Made by a program: the position numbers and the translations under genes. Under the pieces are notes generated by a model, which was not told where the DNA came from, ran no database searches, and saw only the letters and a program-made list of their open reading frames with translations. Below are positions 9,560-21,375 of a DNA stretch of 64,000 nucleotides, one piece after another. The DNA comes from Planctomycetota bacterium (GTDB taxonomy: Bacteria; Planctomycetota; UBA1135; UBA2386), in contig OZ245006.1 in the NCBI GenBank assembly GCA_965223545.1, positions 192,001-256,000 on the forward strand, given 5' to 3'. The number at the start of each line of letters is the position of its first letter. Within the stretch, counting starts at the first letter, position 1.

Positions 9560-11863
9560 TCACCACGACGTGCGCCGCGGCTGCCCCAGCCGCTGGCGCC
9601 AGTAGACGAACGTCATCGCCGCGTCGTAGTCGTCGCTGCCGATGGCGTCGGCGTAGTCGACGTAGCGGAAGGCCACGCCGGCCTCGCCGCCGCGCCACAC
9701 CTCGACCGAGAGTTCGGTCTGCCAGTCCCACAGGCGGACGTCGAAGCTGCCGTCGGTATCGCTGTAGCCGCTCTGCAGCAGCCAACGCACCTTGCGGCTC
9801 GGGCGGGTGGTCACCGCGGCGAAGGCGTGGTGCGTCTCGCCGTCGAAGGTCACCAGGGTCGGCACCGGGTTGGGGTCGGGGTCGAAGTAGAAGTTGGTGA
9901 GCGTGCGACTCTCGACGTCGCTGAACACGTAGCTCAGGCTGAGGTCGAAGTCGTCGTCCCGCGACCAAGACGTGCTGAGCCCGGCGCTGCGCACCTCGGC
10001 CAGCGTCTGCGAGACGTCGTTCTCCCGCTGGCGCTCGCGGGCGAAGCTCGAGACCGACCACTGCTCGCGGCGGTAGCGCACGCCGAACTCGGTGGCGCGC
10101 GCCCGGTCCTCGGTGATCTCGTGCAGCTGCACCGCGTTCTGGCCGAACTGACGGTGCTCGGCCGAAAAGGTCCAGTGCGCATCCGGCCGCCAGTCGACCG
10201 AGGCGAGCCCGCCGTGGTTGCGCAGCGTGCCGCGGCGGAAGTCGCCGTCACCGGCCTCCAGATCCGGCACCGCCAGCTGCTCGCGCGCGCCGCCATAGCC
10301 GGCGGCGAGCCGCAGCCCACTGAGCGGTTCGACTTCCAGCTGCAGCGAGCCCTCGAGCTGGCGCTGCGCGGTGTGCTGGTCGAGCGTGGTCTGCACGGTG
10401 CTGCTGCCGCCGAGGCCGGTGTAGGTCACGGTCTCGGTCTGGTCGATGCGCATCTCCTCGCGGTGGTCGACCCAACGGGCGTCGAGCAACAGCGCGGTGC
10501 GGTCGCCGAGCTCCAGCGTCGCGGTGGCATCCAGGAGCCACGTGCGGCCGTCACCCTCGGCGAACGAGGTGATGCCGCTCTGGAACGCGCCGATGTCGAA
10601 GCCGGTGCCGGTGCCATCGCCGATCACCCGGCGCTCGAGATCGAGCACCCGGCCGCTGACCTCGAGGGTCAGCGGCGCGAGCGCGGCGGTCCACACCGCG
10701 CGGGCGCCCGGCCCGCGCAGCGCACTGCGGGCGGTGAAGTCCTCGCTCTCGATGAACGCGCTGTTGACCGGTGACGGCCGCGCGTAGACCCAGCGGTCGT
10801 GCTGCTGCTCCTCGCGGTACTCGACCGCGAGGAGCAGCGAAGTCGGTCCCAGCGGCGTGCGCACACCGACCTCGCTGCGATCGGTGTCGAGCTGGCGTGG
10901 ACTGGCGACGCCGGCCACCGCGGTCTGCGGCGTGAGATTGAGGTTGCCGATGCGGTTGGTCAGCCAAAACCCGTCGTCGTTGCTGCGCCGGAAGGAGGCA
11001 AACACCTCGACGTCGGCGAGCGGCTCGACACTGAGGCTGTAGTCGTGGCTCTGCTTCTTCTGCTGGACGCGGTGGTAGTCGCCCTCGGCGCGGTAGTGGA
11101 TGGCCGCCTTGTCGAAGCCCGCCGCGGCGCGGTAGGCCTGCTGCTTGGACATCTCGCCGCGCACGCTCTGGTAGGGGTCGCCGATGTCGCGCGCGCGCAG
11201 AGACAGCGCATCCAGCCAGGTGGGCTCGCCGGTGGCGAACAGCTCGAGCTCCGCCTCGCGCAGCAGGAACCCCCGGTCCAGATTGAGGTCGGTCTTGTAG
11301 CGGTCGCGCGAGCCATCGCGGTCGAGGAAGCGGTAGCCCGCCGCCAGCATCGCCGACCACTGCAGCGCTCCGTGCTCCGCCTCGACGTCGGGGACGGCCA
11401 CCGCCGGTTCACCGGTAACGGGCTGTCCGAGCCGCGCTCCCGCGGCCGCGCCGAGGCCGGCCCGGGGACGCAGGGGGTGCGCGCCCAGCGCCACGTCGAG
11501 CGGCGTGTCGTGACAGGCGGCACACGCCTGCGCGCGCACCGCCGGCACCTCGGGCCCGCGCTCGCCGGCGGCGCGCGCCGCGGTGTGGGCGGAGAGATCG
11601 CCGTGGCAGGCGGTGCAGGCGGTCTCGGCCGCCGTTTCGAGCAGGCCGGCGTGCGCCGAACGGCGCAGTGCCACCGTCGCGCCCGGATGGCACACGCGGC
11701 AGCTGGCGTCGTCCCGCCAGCCGCTGCCGTGCCATGCCGTCCCCGCCGTCGCGTGCCCGGACTCGGGCGCGCGGCCGCCGAGCACCCCCGCCAACGCCGA
11801 CCAGCCCAATAGCGCCAGTGCCCCAGAAAGCGCCCCCGCCCGACCCCAACGGCCACTGCTCAT
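9560..11863 (-). CDS. MtrB/PioB-like outer-membrane beta-barrel with N-terminal tri-heme cytochrome c domain
   Basis: ATG 11863 overlaps the upstream TGA. Signal-like N-terminus, then CRVCH, CTACH, CAACH, then about 600 aa of amphipathic beta-strands (GYRFLDRDG..KTDLNL..G); coupled to an MtrA-like gene. Confidence 0.75.
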   Translation of the reverse strand: MSSGRWGRAGALSGALALLGWSALAGVLGGRAPESGHATAGTAWHGSGWRDDASCRVCHPGATVALRRSAHAGLLETAAETACTACHGDLSAHTAARAAGERGPEVPAVRAQACAACHDTPLDVALGAHPLRPRAGLGAAAGARLGQPVTGEPAVAVPDVEAEHGALQWSAMLAAGYRFLDRDGSRDRYKTDLNLDRGFLLREAELELFATGEPTWLDALSLRARDIGDPYQSVRGEMSKQQAYRAAAGFDKAAIHYRAEGDYHRVQQKKQSHDYSLSVEPLADVEVFASFRRSNDDGFWLTNRIGNLNLTPQTAVAGVASPRQLDTDRSEVGVRTPLGPTSLLLAVEYREEQQHDRWVYARPSPVNSAFIESEDFTARSALRGPGARAVWTAALAPLTLEVSGRVLDLERRVIGDGTGTGFDIGAFQSGITSFAEGDGRTWLLDATATLELGDRTALLLDARWVDHREEMRIDQTETVTYTGLGGSSTVQTTLDQHTAQRQLEGSLQLEVEPLSGLRLAAGYGGAREQLAVPDLEAGDGDFRRGTLRNHGGLASVDWRPDAHWTFSAEHRQFGQNAVQLHEITEDRARATEFGVRYRREQWSVSSFARERQRENDVSQTLAEVRSAGLSTSWSRDDDFDLSLSYVFSDVESRTLTNFYFDPDPNPVPTLVTFDGETHHAFAAVTTRPSRKVRWLLQSGYSDTDGSFDVRLWDWQTELSVEVWRGGEAGVAFRYVDYADAIGSDDYDAAMTFVYWRQRLGQPRRTSW

Positions 11864-13542
11864 CGGAACAGGAACCTCGAGTGGTTGCTGCCGTGCACCT
11901 CGGTGTGACACTGCAGGCAGTTGGTGAACACCGCGCCGCTGGTCTGATCGTGGAACGACGGGAAGTCCGCGTGGCACTGCAGACACAGCTGCTGGGTGCG
12001 GTGGTGGGTCAGCATGCGCTGGTTGGTGCTGCCGTGCGGAGCGTGGCAGATCGTGCAGCCGTCGCTGCGCGAGGCCTGGTGGGCGAACACGAACGGCCCG
12101 CGGTACTCGGTGTGACAGCGCACGCAGGACTCGGTGCGCAACGCGCGGTCGCGCAGCTTGGGGCGGGCCGAGTGCGGGTTGTGGCAGTCACTGCACGCCA
12201 TGTGCCCCTCGGGCACGGGGTGGTGGTTGGGCTTGTGAAACTCGGCGGCAACGTCGGTGTGGCACTTCGTGCAGCGCTCTTCCGCCTGCCGGCGGGTCTG
12301 CCCCGCCGGCGCCGCCGGCGAATGGCACGTCAGACAGGTGACCTCGTGCCGCTGGTGCGCCCCCAGCCGGACGTGCGCCAGGTGCGGGGTGTCATCGTGG
12401 CAGCGGCCGCAGGCCTGCAGCTGGTGGGCGCCGCTGGTGTCGCGCAGCGAATCCACCAACCGCGCCACGCCGCCGGAGCGGGCGTGCGCTTCGGCATTGT
12501 CGTGGCAACCGCCGCAGCCCTGTGCCAGCGGCAGGTCCAGGCCGCCCAACGAGGCGTGGATGGTACCGTGCAGGACCTCGAACGCGGGCGCGTGGCACTG
12601 CGCGCACAAGCGGTTGGTGGCGGCGGGCGCCCGGTACTCGCCCGTCTGCTGGTCGAGCCGCTGCTGGTCGGGCGATCGGGGGGCAACTGATTGGGGATCG
12701 AACCCACCCGCCCGCTCCGGCGCCGTCGGCTCGCGGTGCACGGTGTGGCAGCTGGTGCAGGTCAGACCATCCGACAGCAGCGGCTTGTCGCCCTCGCGCC
12801 AGTGGAAGTCCACCGGATCGACCCCCGCGTGGCACTCGCGGCAGGTCACGGCGCCGTCGGCGGCGTGGTCGGGACGCGTGATCAGCCGCGCCAGCCCGCC
12901 GGTCTCGACGTGCAGCGAACCGTTGCCGTGACAGCTCTCGCAGCCCTGCGCGTCGCGCCCGGCGCGCAGACTCGCGTGGCCGCCGTGGGCAAGCAGCTCG
13001 TCGCGGCGCGGATGGCACTGCAAGCACGTCGCGGCGCCCACCGGCTCGGCACTGCGGTCGAGCAGCGCCCGCCGCTCGAACCCGAGTCCCTCGTGCGGCA
13101 CGGCACCGGGCTCCTCGTGCACGGTATGACAGTCGGTGCAGCCCTTGCCCGCCTGCGCGAACCCCTCGGGGTCGCCGCCGTGCACCGCCATCTGGTCGGC
13201 GTGGCACTGCTGGCAGACAGCTCCCTGGACCTTCGCCGGCAGCTTCTGCGGATGGGTGATCAGCCGGGGCTCGTTGTCCTCGTGGTCACCGTGCGCCTGG
13301 CCCGGACCGTGGCAAGTCTCGCAGCCGCGCAGGCCGTCGACCGCCAGCACGCCGGCGTGCACCGAGGCGGCCAGCACCTCCCATTGGTCCTCGTGACAGT
13401 CTTTGCAGACCGCCTTGCCCAAGTACTCGCCGTGGCGGGGAAACGGCGCGGTGGGGTCCTGCGGCCGCGGCGCCAGGCCGGTGGCCAGCGCCGCCGCGAT
13501 CAAGTAGAGCGAAAGCCACGTTGCCGTGTGCCGGACGCGCAT
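11860..13542 (-). CDS. MtrA/DmsE-family multiheme c-type cytochrome, extended to 18 hemes
   Basis: Signal peptide; 18 CxxCH motifs counted; C-terminus CTICHAPHGS...CLQCHTEVHGSNH is the MtrA/DmsE signature. Confidence 0.88.
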   Translation of the reverse strand: MRVRHTATWLSLYLIAAALATGLAPRPQDPTAPFPRHGEYLGKAVCKDCHEDQWEVLAASVHAGVLAVDGLRGCETCHGPGQAHGDHEDNEPRLITHPQKLPAKVQGAVCQQCHADQMAVHGGDPEGFAQAGKGCTDCHTVHEEPGAVPHEGLGFERRALLDRSAEPVGAATCLQCHPRRDELLAHGGHASLRAGRDAQGCESCHGNGSLHVETGGLARLITRPDHAADGAVTCRECHAGVDPVDFHWREGDKPLLSDGLTCTSCHTVHREPTAPERAGGFDPQSVAPRSPDQQRLDQQTGEYRAPAATNRLCAQCHAPAFEVLHGTIHASLGGLDLPLAQGCGGCHDNAEAHARSGGVARLVDSLRDTSGAHQLQACGRCHDDTPHLAHVRLGAHQRHEVTCLTCHSPAAPAGQTRRQAEERCTKCHTDVAAEFHKPNHHPVPEGHMACSDCHNPHSARPKLRDRALRTESCVRCHTEYRGPFVFAHQASRSDGCTICHAPHGSTNQRMLTHHRTQQLCLQCHADFPSFHDQTSGAVFTNCLQCHTEVHGSNHSRFLFR

Positions 13543-13663
13543 GCCGTCGTTCTCGCGGGAAGGGGGTGTGGGGCACCGCGTCGACGCGACGCGCCGCTGG
13601 CACGGCGGTTACGGCTTTTGCGCGGTCTAAAAGCGGCATTCGACACTACAATCTCCAGGCTCG

Positions 13664-15034
13664 ATGCAACAGGGCCGGAAGTACTTCCTGCACAGCTACG
13701 GCTGCCAGATGAACAAGCTCGATTCCGAGCTGGTGGAGGCGCGCCTGCGCGACGCCGGCTACACCGCCGCCGACCGCGAGACCGAGGCCGACGTCGTCCT
13801 GCTGAACACCTGCTCGGTGCGCGAGCACGCCGAGGACAAGGTCTGGAGTCGCCTGGGCCGGCTGCGGCTGCAAAAGCAGCAGCGCCCCGACCTGGTGGTC
13901 GGCGTCCTCGGCTGCATGGCGCAGGAGCACCGCCGCAAGCTGCAGGCCCGCATGCCACACGTCGATCTGGTCGTCGGCCCCTCCGCCTTCGGCGACATCG
14001 AGGCCAAGGTGGCGCAGGCCCGTGCGGCGCGCCGGCCGGACACGCGGCGCGGCGCGGGCGTCCTGGCGGTGGACGACGGTGTCAGCGGCGACCGGATCCG
14101 CCGCGACCCGCGCGTGCGCCCACACCGCAGCCAGGCCTACGTCAGCGTGATGCGCGGCTGCAACATGCCGTGCAGCTACTGCATCGTCCCGGCGACGCGC
14201 GGCGCCGAGATCAGCCGTCCGATCGAGGTCATCGCCGAGGAAACCGAGCGGCTGATCGACGACGGCGTCACCGAGATCACCCTGCTCGGCCAGACCGTCA
14301 ACGCCTACGGCCGCGACCTCGGCCGCGACGTCACCCTGACCCGACTCCTGCACCGCCTGCACGAGATCGACGGGCTGCGCCGACTGGCGTTCATCACCTC
14401 GCACCCCAACTTCTTGTCGGCGGAGCTGATCGACGCGCTGGCGACCCTGCCGAAGGTGGCGCGCTTCCTACACCTGCCGGCACAGTCCGGCAGCAACGAC
14501 GTGCTGCGCGCGATGCGCCGGGGCTACACCGTCGAGCGCTACCTGCGCCGCGTCGACGCGCTGCTGGAACGGGTGCCCGACATGGAGCTGCACTCGGACT
14601 TCATCGTCGGCTACCCCGGCGAGACCGAGGCCGACGTCGCTGCCACCGTCGCCTTGATGGAACGCGTCCGCTTCGCGCAGAGCTACGTCTTCAAGTACTC
14701 CCCGCGCCCCGGCACGCTGGCGGCCGATCTCGCCGACGACGTCGAGCAGGCGGAGAAGGAGCGGCGCAACCAGCTGCTGCTGCAAGTGCAGGAGCGGCAC
14801 GGCATGCAGCGCAATCGGGCACTGGTCGGCACCGTCCAGGAGGTGCTGGTGGAGGGGCCGAGCCCGCGCGTGGCGGGTCGCATGGCCGGCCGCACGGCGC
14901 AGCATCGGATCGTGCACTTCGCCGGCGATGATGCGGGCCTGGTGGGGAGCTACGTACCGGTGCGCATCGACGAGGCGTTGCCGCACTCGCTGGTCGGCGA
15001 GTGCCTCGCGCTGGAGGCCGGGACCCGACCGTGA
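13664..15034 (+). CDS. miaB: tRNA-i6A37 methylthiotransferase MiaB
   Basis: YGCQMN, NTCSVRE, GCMAQ, CNMPCSYC, YSPRPGT and a TRAM domain. Confidence 0.95.
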   Translation: MQQGRKYFLHSYGCQMNKLDSELVEARLRDAGYTAADRETEADVVLLNTCSVREHAEDKVWSRLGRLRLQKQQRPDLVVGVLGCMAQEHRRKLQARMPHVDLVVGPSAFGDIEAKVAQARAARRPDTRRGAGVLAVDDGVSGDRIRRDPRVRPHRSQAYVSVMRGCNMPCSYCIVPATRGAEISRPIEVIAEETERLIDDGVTEITLLGQTVNAYGRDLGRDVTLTRLLHRLHEIDGLRRLAFITSHPNFLSAELIDALATLPKVARFLHLPAQSGSNDVLRAMRRGYTVERYLRRVDALLERVPDMELHSDFIVGYPGETEADVAATVALMERVRFAQSYVFKYSPRPGTLAADLADDVEQAEKERRNQLLLQVQERHGMQRNRALVGTVQEVLVEGPSPRVAGRMAGRTAQHRIVHFAGDDAGLVGSYVPVRIDEALPHSLVGECLALEAGTRP

Positions 15035-16146
15035 GCGCCGGCGCCGAGCGCTGGATGCGCGAGGCCATCGAGCTGGCGCTGCGCGGTCGCGGCGAGGTCG
15101 AGCCCAACCCCAGGGTCGGCGCGCTGGCGATCGCCGACGGCGCCATCGTCGGCCGCGGCTGGCACCGGCACTGGGGCGGCCGCCACGCCGAAGTCGAGGC
15201 GCTCGCCGATGCCGCCGCGAACCGCGCGCGGCCGGACACGCTGGTGGTCACCCTCGAGCCGTGTTCGACGCCGGCCGGCGTCGACGGCAAGGTCAATCCA
15301 CCGTGCGTCGATGCGATCCGCAACAGCCCGGTGCGCACGGTGATCGCCGGCGCCAAGGATCCCGCGCCGCGCCACCGCGGCCGCGGCTTCGCCGCCCTCG
15401 CCGAAGCCGGCATCCGGGTGCAGACCGGCGTGCTGGCGGACGAGTGCACCGCGATCAACGGGCCGTTCCACCGCTGGCTCGGGCTCGATCGGCCGTGGAC
15501 CATCGCCAAGTGGGCGATGAGCCTCGACGGCAAGACCGCCGCCCACACCGGCGACGCCCGCTGGATCTCCGGCGAGTCGGCGCGCCAGCGCAGCCATCTG
15601 TTGCGCGCCCGCGTCGACGCCGTCGCCGTCGGCTACCGCACCGTCGCCGCCGACGACCCCGCGCTCACCGTGCGCCACGTCGAAGGCGCCCAGCCGATCC
15701 GGCTGGTGATCGACCCCGAGGCCGCGCTGCCGGCGCGCGGACGCATGCTGGAAACCGCCGCGGCCGGGCCGATCTGGCTGCTGGTCGGCGAGGCCCACGC
15801 CGAGCGCGCCGCGGAGGCGTGGGGCGTGGCCGGTGCCGAGGTCCTCGCCGTGCCGGCCGCCGGCCCGCACCGCCTGGACCTCGCCGCCGCCTGGCGCGCG
15901 CTGCGCGGCCGCGGGCTGCGCCGGCTGCTGGTCGAGGGCGGCGGCGGTCTCTGCGCGGAGCTATTGGCCGGCGACCTGATCGACCAGACCCTCTGCTTCG
16001 TCGCCCCCCGCCTGATCGGCGGAGCGGCCGCGCCGACGCCGGTGGGGGGGGCCGGCCAGCCCACCGTGGCGCAGGCATGGCGGCTTGCCGAGATGACTTG
16101 GCAGGCGTGCGGAGAAGACCTCGCCATCGTCGCCTTCCGCGCCTGA
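15031..16146 (+). CDS. ribD: Bifunctional riboflavin deaminase/reductase RibD
   Basis: PNPRVGA, HAE, TLEPC..PPC, KWAMSLDGK and LVEGG motifs; GTG start overlaps the miaB TGA. Confidence 0.93.
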   Translation: MSAGAERWMREAIELALRGRGEVEPNPRVGALAIADGAIVGRGWHRHWGGRHAEVEALADAAANRARPDTLVVTLEPCSTPAGVDGKVNPPCVDAIRNSPVRTVIAGAKDPAPRHRGRGFAALAEAGIRVQTGVLADECTAINGPFHRWLGLDRPWTIAKWAMSLDGKTAAHTGDARWISGESARQRSHLLRARVDAVAVGYRTVAADDPALTVRHVEGAQPIRLVIDPEAALPARGRMLETAAAGPIWLLVGEAHAERAAEAWGVAGAEVLAVPAAGPHRLDLAAAWRALRGRGLRRLLVEGGGGLCAELLAGDLIDQTLCFVAPRLIGGAAAPTPVGGAGQPTVAQAWRLAEMTWQACGEDLAIVAFRA

Positions 16147-16202
16147 GCGCAGCGCCGCCGGGCGCGACCTCTCGATTGCTATGCTCGGCTCTGGTTGACG
16201 CC

Positions 16203-16732
16203 ATGACGACCGAGCGAGCAGAAGACGGCCCCCAGGTCACCAGCGAGGTCTACTCCCAGCTCAAAGACATCGCCCGCCGCTTGTTCGCCGACGAGCGCAC
16301 CGCGCACACCCTGCAGCCGACCGCGATCGTGCACGAGGCCTTCCTCAAGCTGGTCCGCGGGCGCTCGGTCGACTGGAGCAGCCGCGCCGCGTTCCTCGCG
16401 CAGGCCGCGACGGCGATGCGGCACTTGCTGGTGGATCACGCACGGGCGCGACGCACGGCCAAACGCGGGCACGGGGCGCGACCGGTGACGCTCGACGAGC
16501 GACTGGCTTCGGGCGAGAACCGGCCACTCGATCTCTTGGCGCTGGACGAAGCTCTGCAGCGGCTCGCGCGCTTGCACGCGCGGCAACACCGGGTGGTCGA
16601 GCTGCGCTTCTTCGGCGGCCTGACGATTGTCGAGACCGCACACGTGCTGGGCGTCGGCACGACCACCGTCGAGGACGACTGGGCCATGGCGCGCGCCTGG
16701 CTGACGCGCCAGCTCGGCGAGGCAGAAGCGCG

Positions 16733-16736
<4 letters not shown>
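16203..16736 (+). CDS. ECF sigma factor, planctomycete kinase-associated type (TIGR02999-like)
   Basis: HTLQPTAIVHEAFLKL, AMRHLLVDHAR..KRG, LDEALQRL, VELRFFGGL and DWAMARAWL; embedded in the 14928 ORF. Confidence 0.9.
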
Positions 16737-19504
<2,768 letters not shown>

Positions 19505-19549
19505 GAGCGGGGAGGTGCTGGCGGAGCCGGATTCTCCGACCCGGACACC

Positions 19550-20929
19550 TCACAACACCGTCACCGTTGCCCCGTCGCTGGCTTGGATCGAGGAGCTGGT
19601 GACGAACAGCGCCTGGACGTGGAACGTCGCTCCGACGAGGCTCCCGTTCGCCGGAATCGGTAGCGGCAGATCGCCGGAAGCGGTCAACGGCGCCCCGCCG
19701 ACGAGCAGCTGGCCCGGGGCGGGATCGACCAGCAAGCGCAGCCCCTGGAAGGGGATGCTGGCGCGGCCCTTGCTGGCGAACCAGACCCCCGGCGCCGGCG
19801 GCCCGGCGGCGGGGACGGCGCGCAGGCCGAACTGGAGGTTGCCGACGAGCGGCAAGCCGCCCGGGTTGGGGGCGAGCCGCCACCGGTAGTCCGCGCCCCC
19901 GCTGGGCGTCGGGTCCCCGTACGCCGAGGGGTTGGGATGGACGTCGATGCCCGATACGACGCCCCATCCCGCGGCCGGGCCGAACGTCAAGGCCTGCGTC
20001 GGCCCCGACGGCGTCGTCCAGGAGACTCCCGCGGTGTAGGGGTTGCTGAACACCGACTCGACCACGACGTAGCTGCCGGTGGCGCGCTCCACCGCGACGG
20101 CGTTGCGCACGCTGCGTCCAACCGGCACCGCGGTCACCTGACCGCTCGAGGGATCGACCTCGAACAGATTCGGCGACGCACCCAGGGGTGTGCCGCCGAA
20201 CGTGCCGACCAGCAGCCGGCCGTCGGCGAGGACGTCCAGACCAACGACGCCTCCGTTGAGCGTCGCGACCCACTGCGCCGCTCCACCGCCGGGGACCGGG
20301 ACCTTCCACACCTGGCCTACAGCGCTTGGCGAGGAGAAGCCCAAGTAGGCCACCTGCCCCGCAGGATCGACCGCGACGGCGTTCGGCGTGACGCCCGTGA
20401 TCCCCGACACCGGCACCGGGGTCGCCAACCCGGTGCTCGTCGACAACACCAGCAGCCCACTCGGCGTGGCCAGCGCGCCGGACGCCGTGCGGCCGGCGAC
20501 GAGCAGGTCGCCGTTCGGCAGCAGCGCGAGACCGTTGACGCCGCTGGCACCACCGCCGGCGGTGCCGACCACGTGGACCGTGCTCGCGGTCGGGACCACC
20601 GTGTCGCCCTGCAGCGTCAGCACGTGCACCGACACCGGGCCAGACTCCGCCAGCTCGCCGACGAGGAGCGCGCCGTCGGACGGGCGCCAGACGACCGAGT
20701 CGGCGCCGCAGGATCCGCAGCCGATCCCGGCGCCGGTCAGCGTTGCGGGCAACCCCTGCACCGCGACAGTGGCTCCGGTTCTCGGGTGCACGAAGAAGAG
20801 ACCGCCGGTCGCGCCGGTGAAGTTCGGGTCCCTGAACGTCGAGACGACGCACCATCCGGCCGGCACCTGAGTCGGAGCGGTGCCGGCGAGGGCGAGCACC
20901 GCGGCGAGAGCGAGGGTTCGATGAGCCAT
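19550..20929 (-). CDS. Secreted beta-propeller-like protein with shared C-terminal domain
   Basis: Signal peptide MAHRTLALAAVLALAG..AQ-like; propeller-blade repeats (GLALLPNGDLLV, AVAVDPAG, GLDVLADGRLLV); GGAG RBS. Confidence 0.7.
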   Translation of the reverse strand: MAHRTLALAAVLALAGTAPTQVPAGWCVVSTFRDPNFTGATGGLFFVHPRTGATVAVQGLPATLTGAGIGCGSCGADSVVWRPSDGALLVGELAESGPVSVHVLTLQGDTVVPTASTVHVVGTAGGGASGVNGLALLPNGDLLVAGRTASGALATPSGLLVLSTSTGLATPVPVSGITGVTPNAVAVDPAGQVAYLGFSSPSAVGQVWKVPVPGGGAAQWVATLNGGVVGLDVLADGRLLVGTFGGTPLGASPNLFEVDPSSGQVTAVPVGRSVRNAVAVERATGSYVVVESVFSNPYTAGVSWTTPSGPTQALTFGPAAGWGVVSGIDVHPNPSAYGDPTPSGGADYRWRLAPNPGGLPLVGNLQFGLRAVPAAGPPAPGVWFASKGRASIPFQGLRLLVDPAPGQLLVGGAPLTASGDLPLPIPANGSLVGATFHVQALFVTSSSIQASDGATVTVL

Positions 20930-21085
20930 GGGTTCTCCTGTTGTGGCGCGGACACTGCGCCCGCAACTACCGGGGCGAGAAAGCACCGCCCGGTCCCCGG
21001 CCGAGTGCGCGTTTTTTTCGGGCCCACCTGCACCGCACGACCCCGTTACCGTGACGATCTCCACAACCTCAAACGGAGACGAACG

Positions 21086-21367
21086 ATGAAGCTGTTGGTC
21101 ACCTGGACGATGCACGAAGGCAAGCTGCACGAGACCCTGGAGCAGTTCGCGAGCATGACCGACGCCGACGAGCAAGCGATGATGGGCAACGTGCGCCGGA
21201 TCGGGCGCTGGCACGACGTGGCCCGCGGTCGCGGCGCCGCGGTCTACGAGGTCGAGGACGCCGCCGCGTTCTCCAGCTATGCACTGCGTTGGAACCACGC
21301 CATGGACATCGACGTCTCGGTCGTGCTCGACGACGACGAAACGCGCGCCCTCGGACAGAAGGGGTAG
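21086..21367 (+). CDS. DUF3303 family small protein
   Basis: MKLLVTW...IGRWHD...G.AVYE...W...DI.V..VLDD.E pattern; GGAG RBS. Confidence 0.75.
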   Translation: MKLLVTWTMHEGKLHETLEQFASMTDADEQAMMGNVRRIGRWHDVARGRGAAVYEVEDAAAFSSYALRWNHAMDIDVSVVLDDDETRALGQKG

Positions 21368-21375
21368 CCAGGCCC

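Noticed and set aside
13598..13612. Sigma-54-like TGGCACGGCGGTTAC upstream of miaB
   Set aside because: Lacks the -12 GC (TTAC instead of TTGC).
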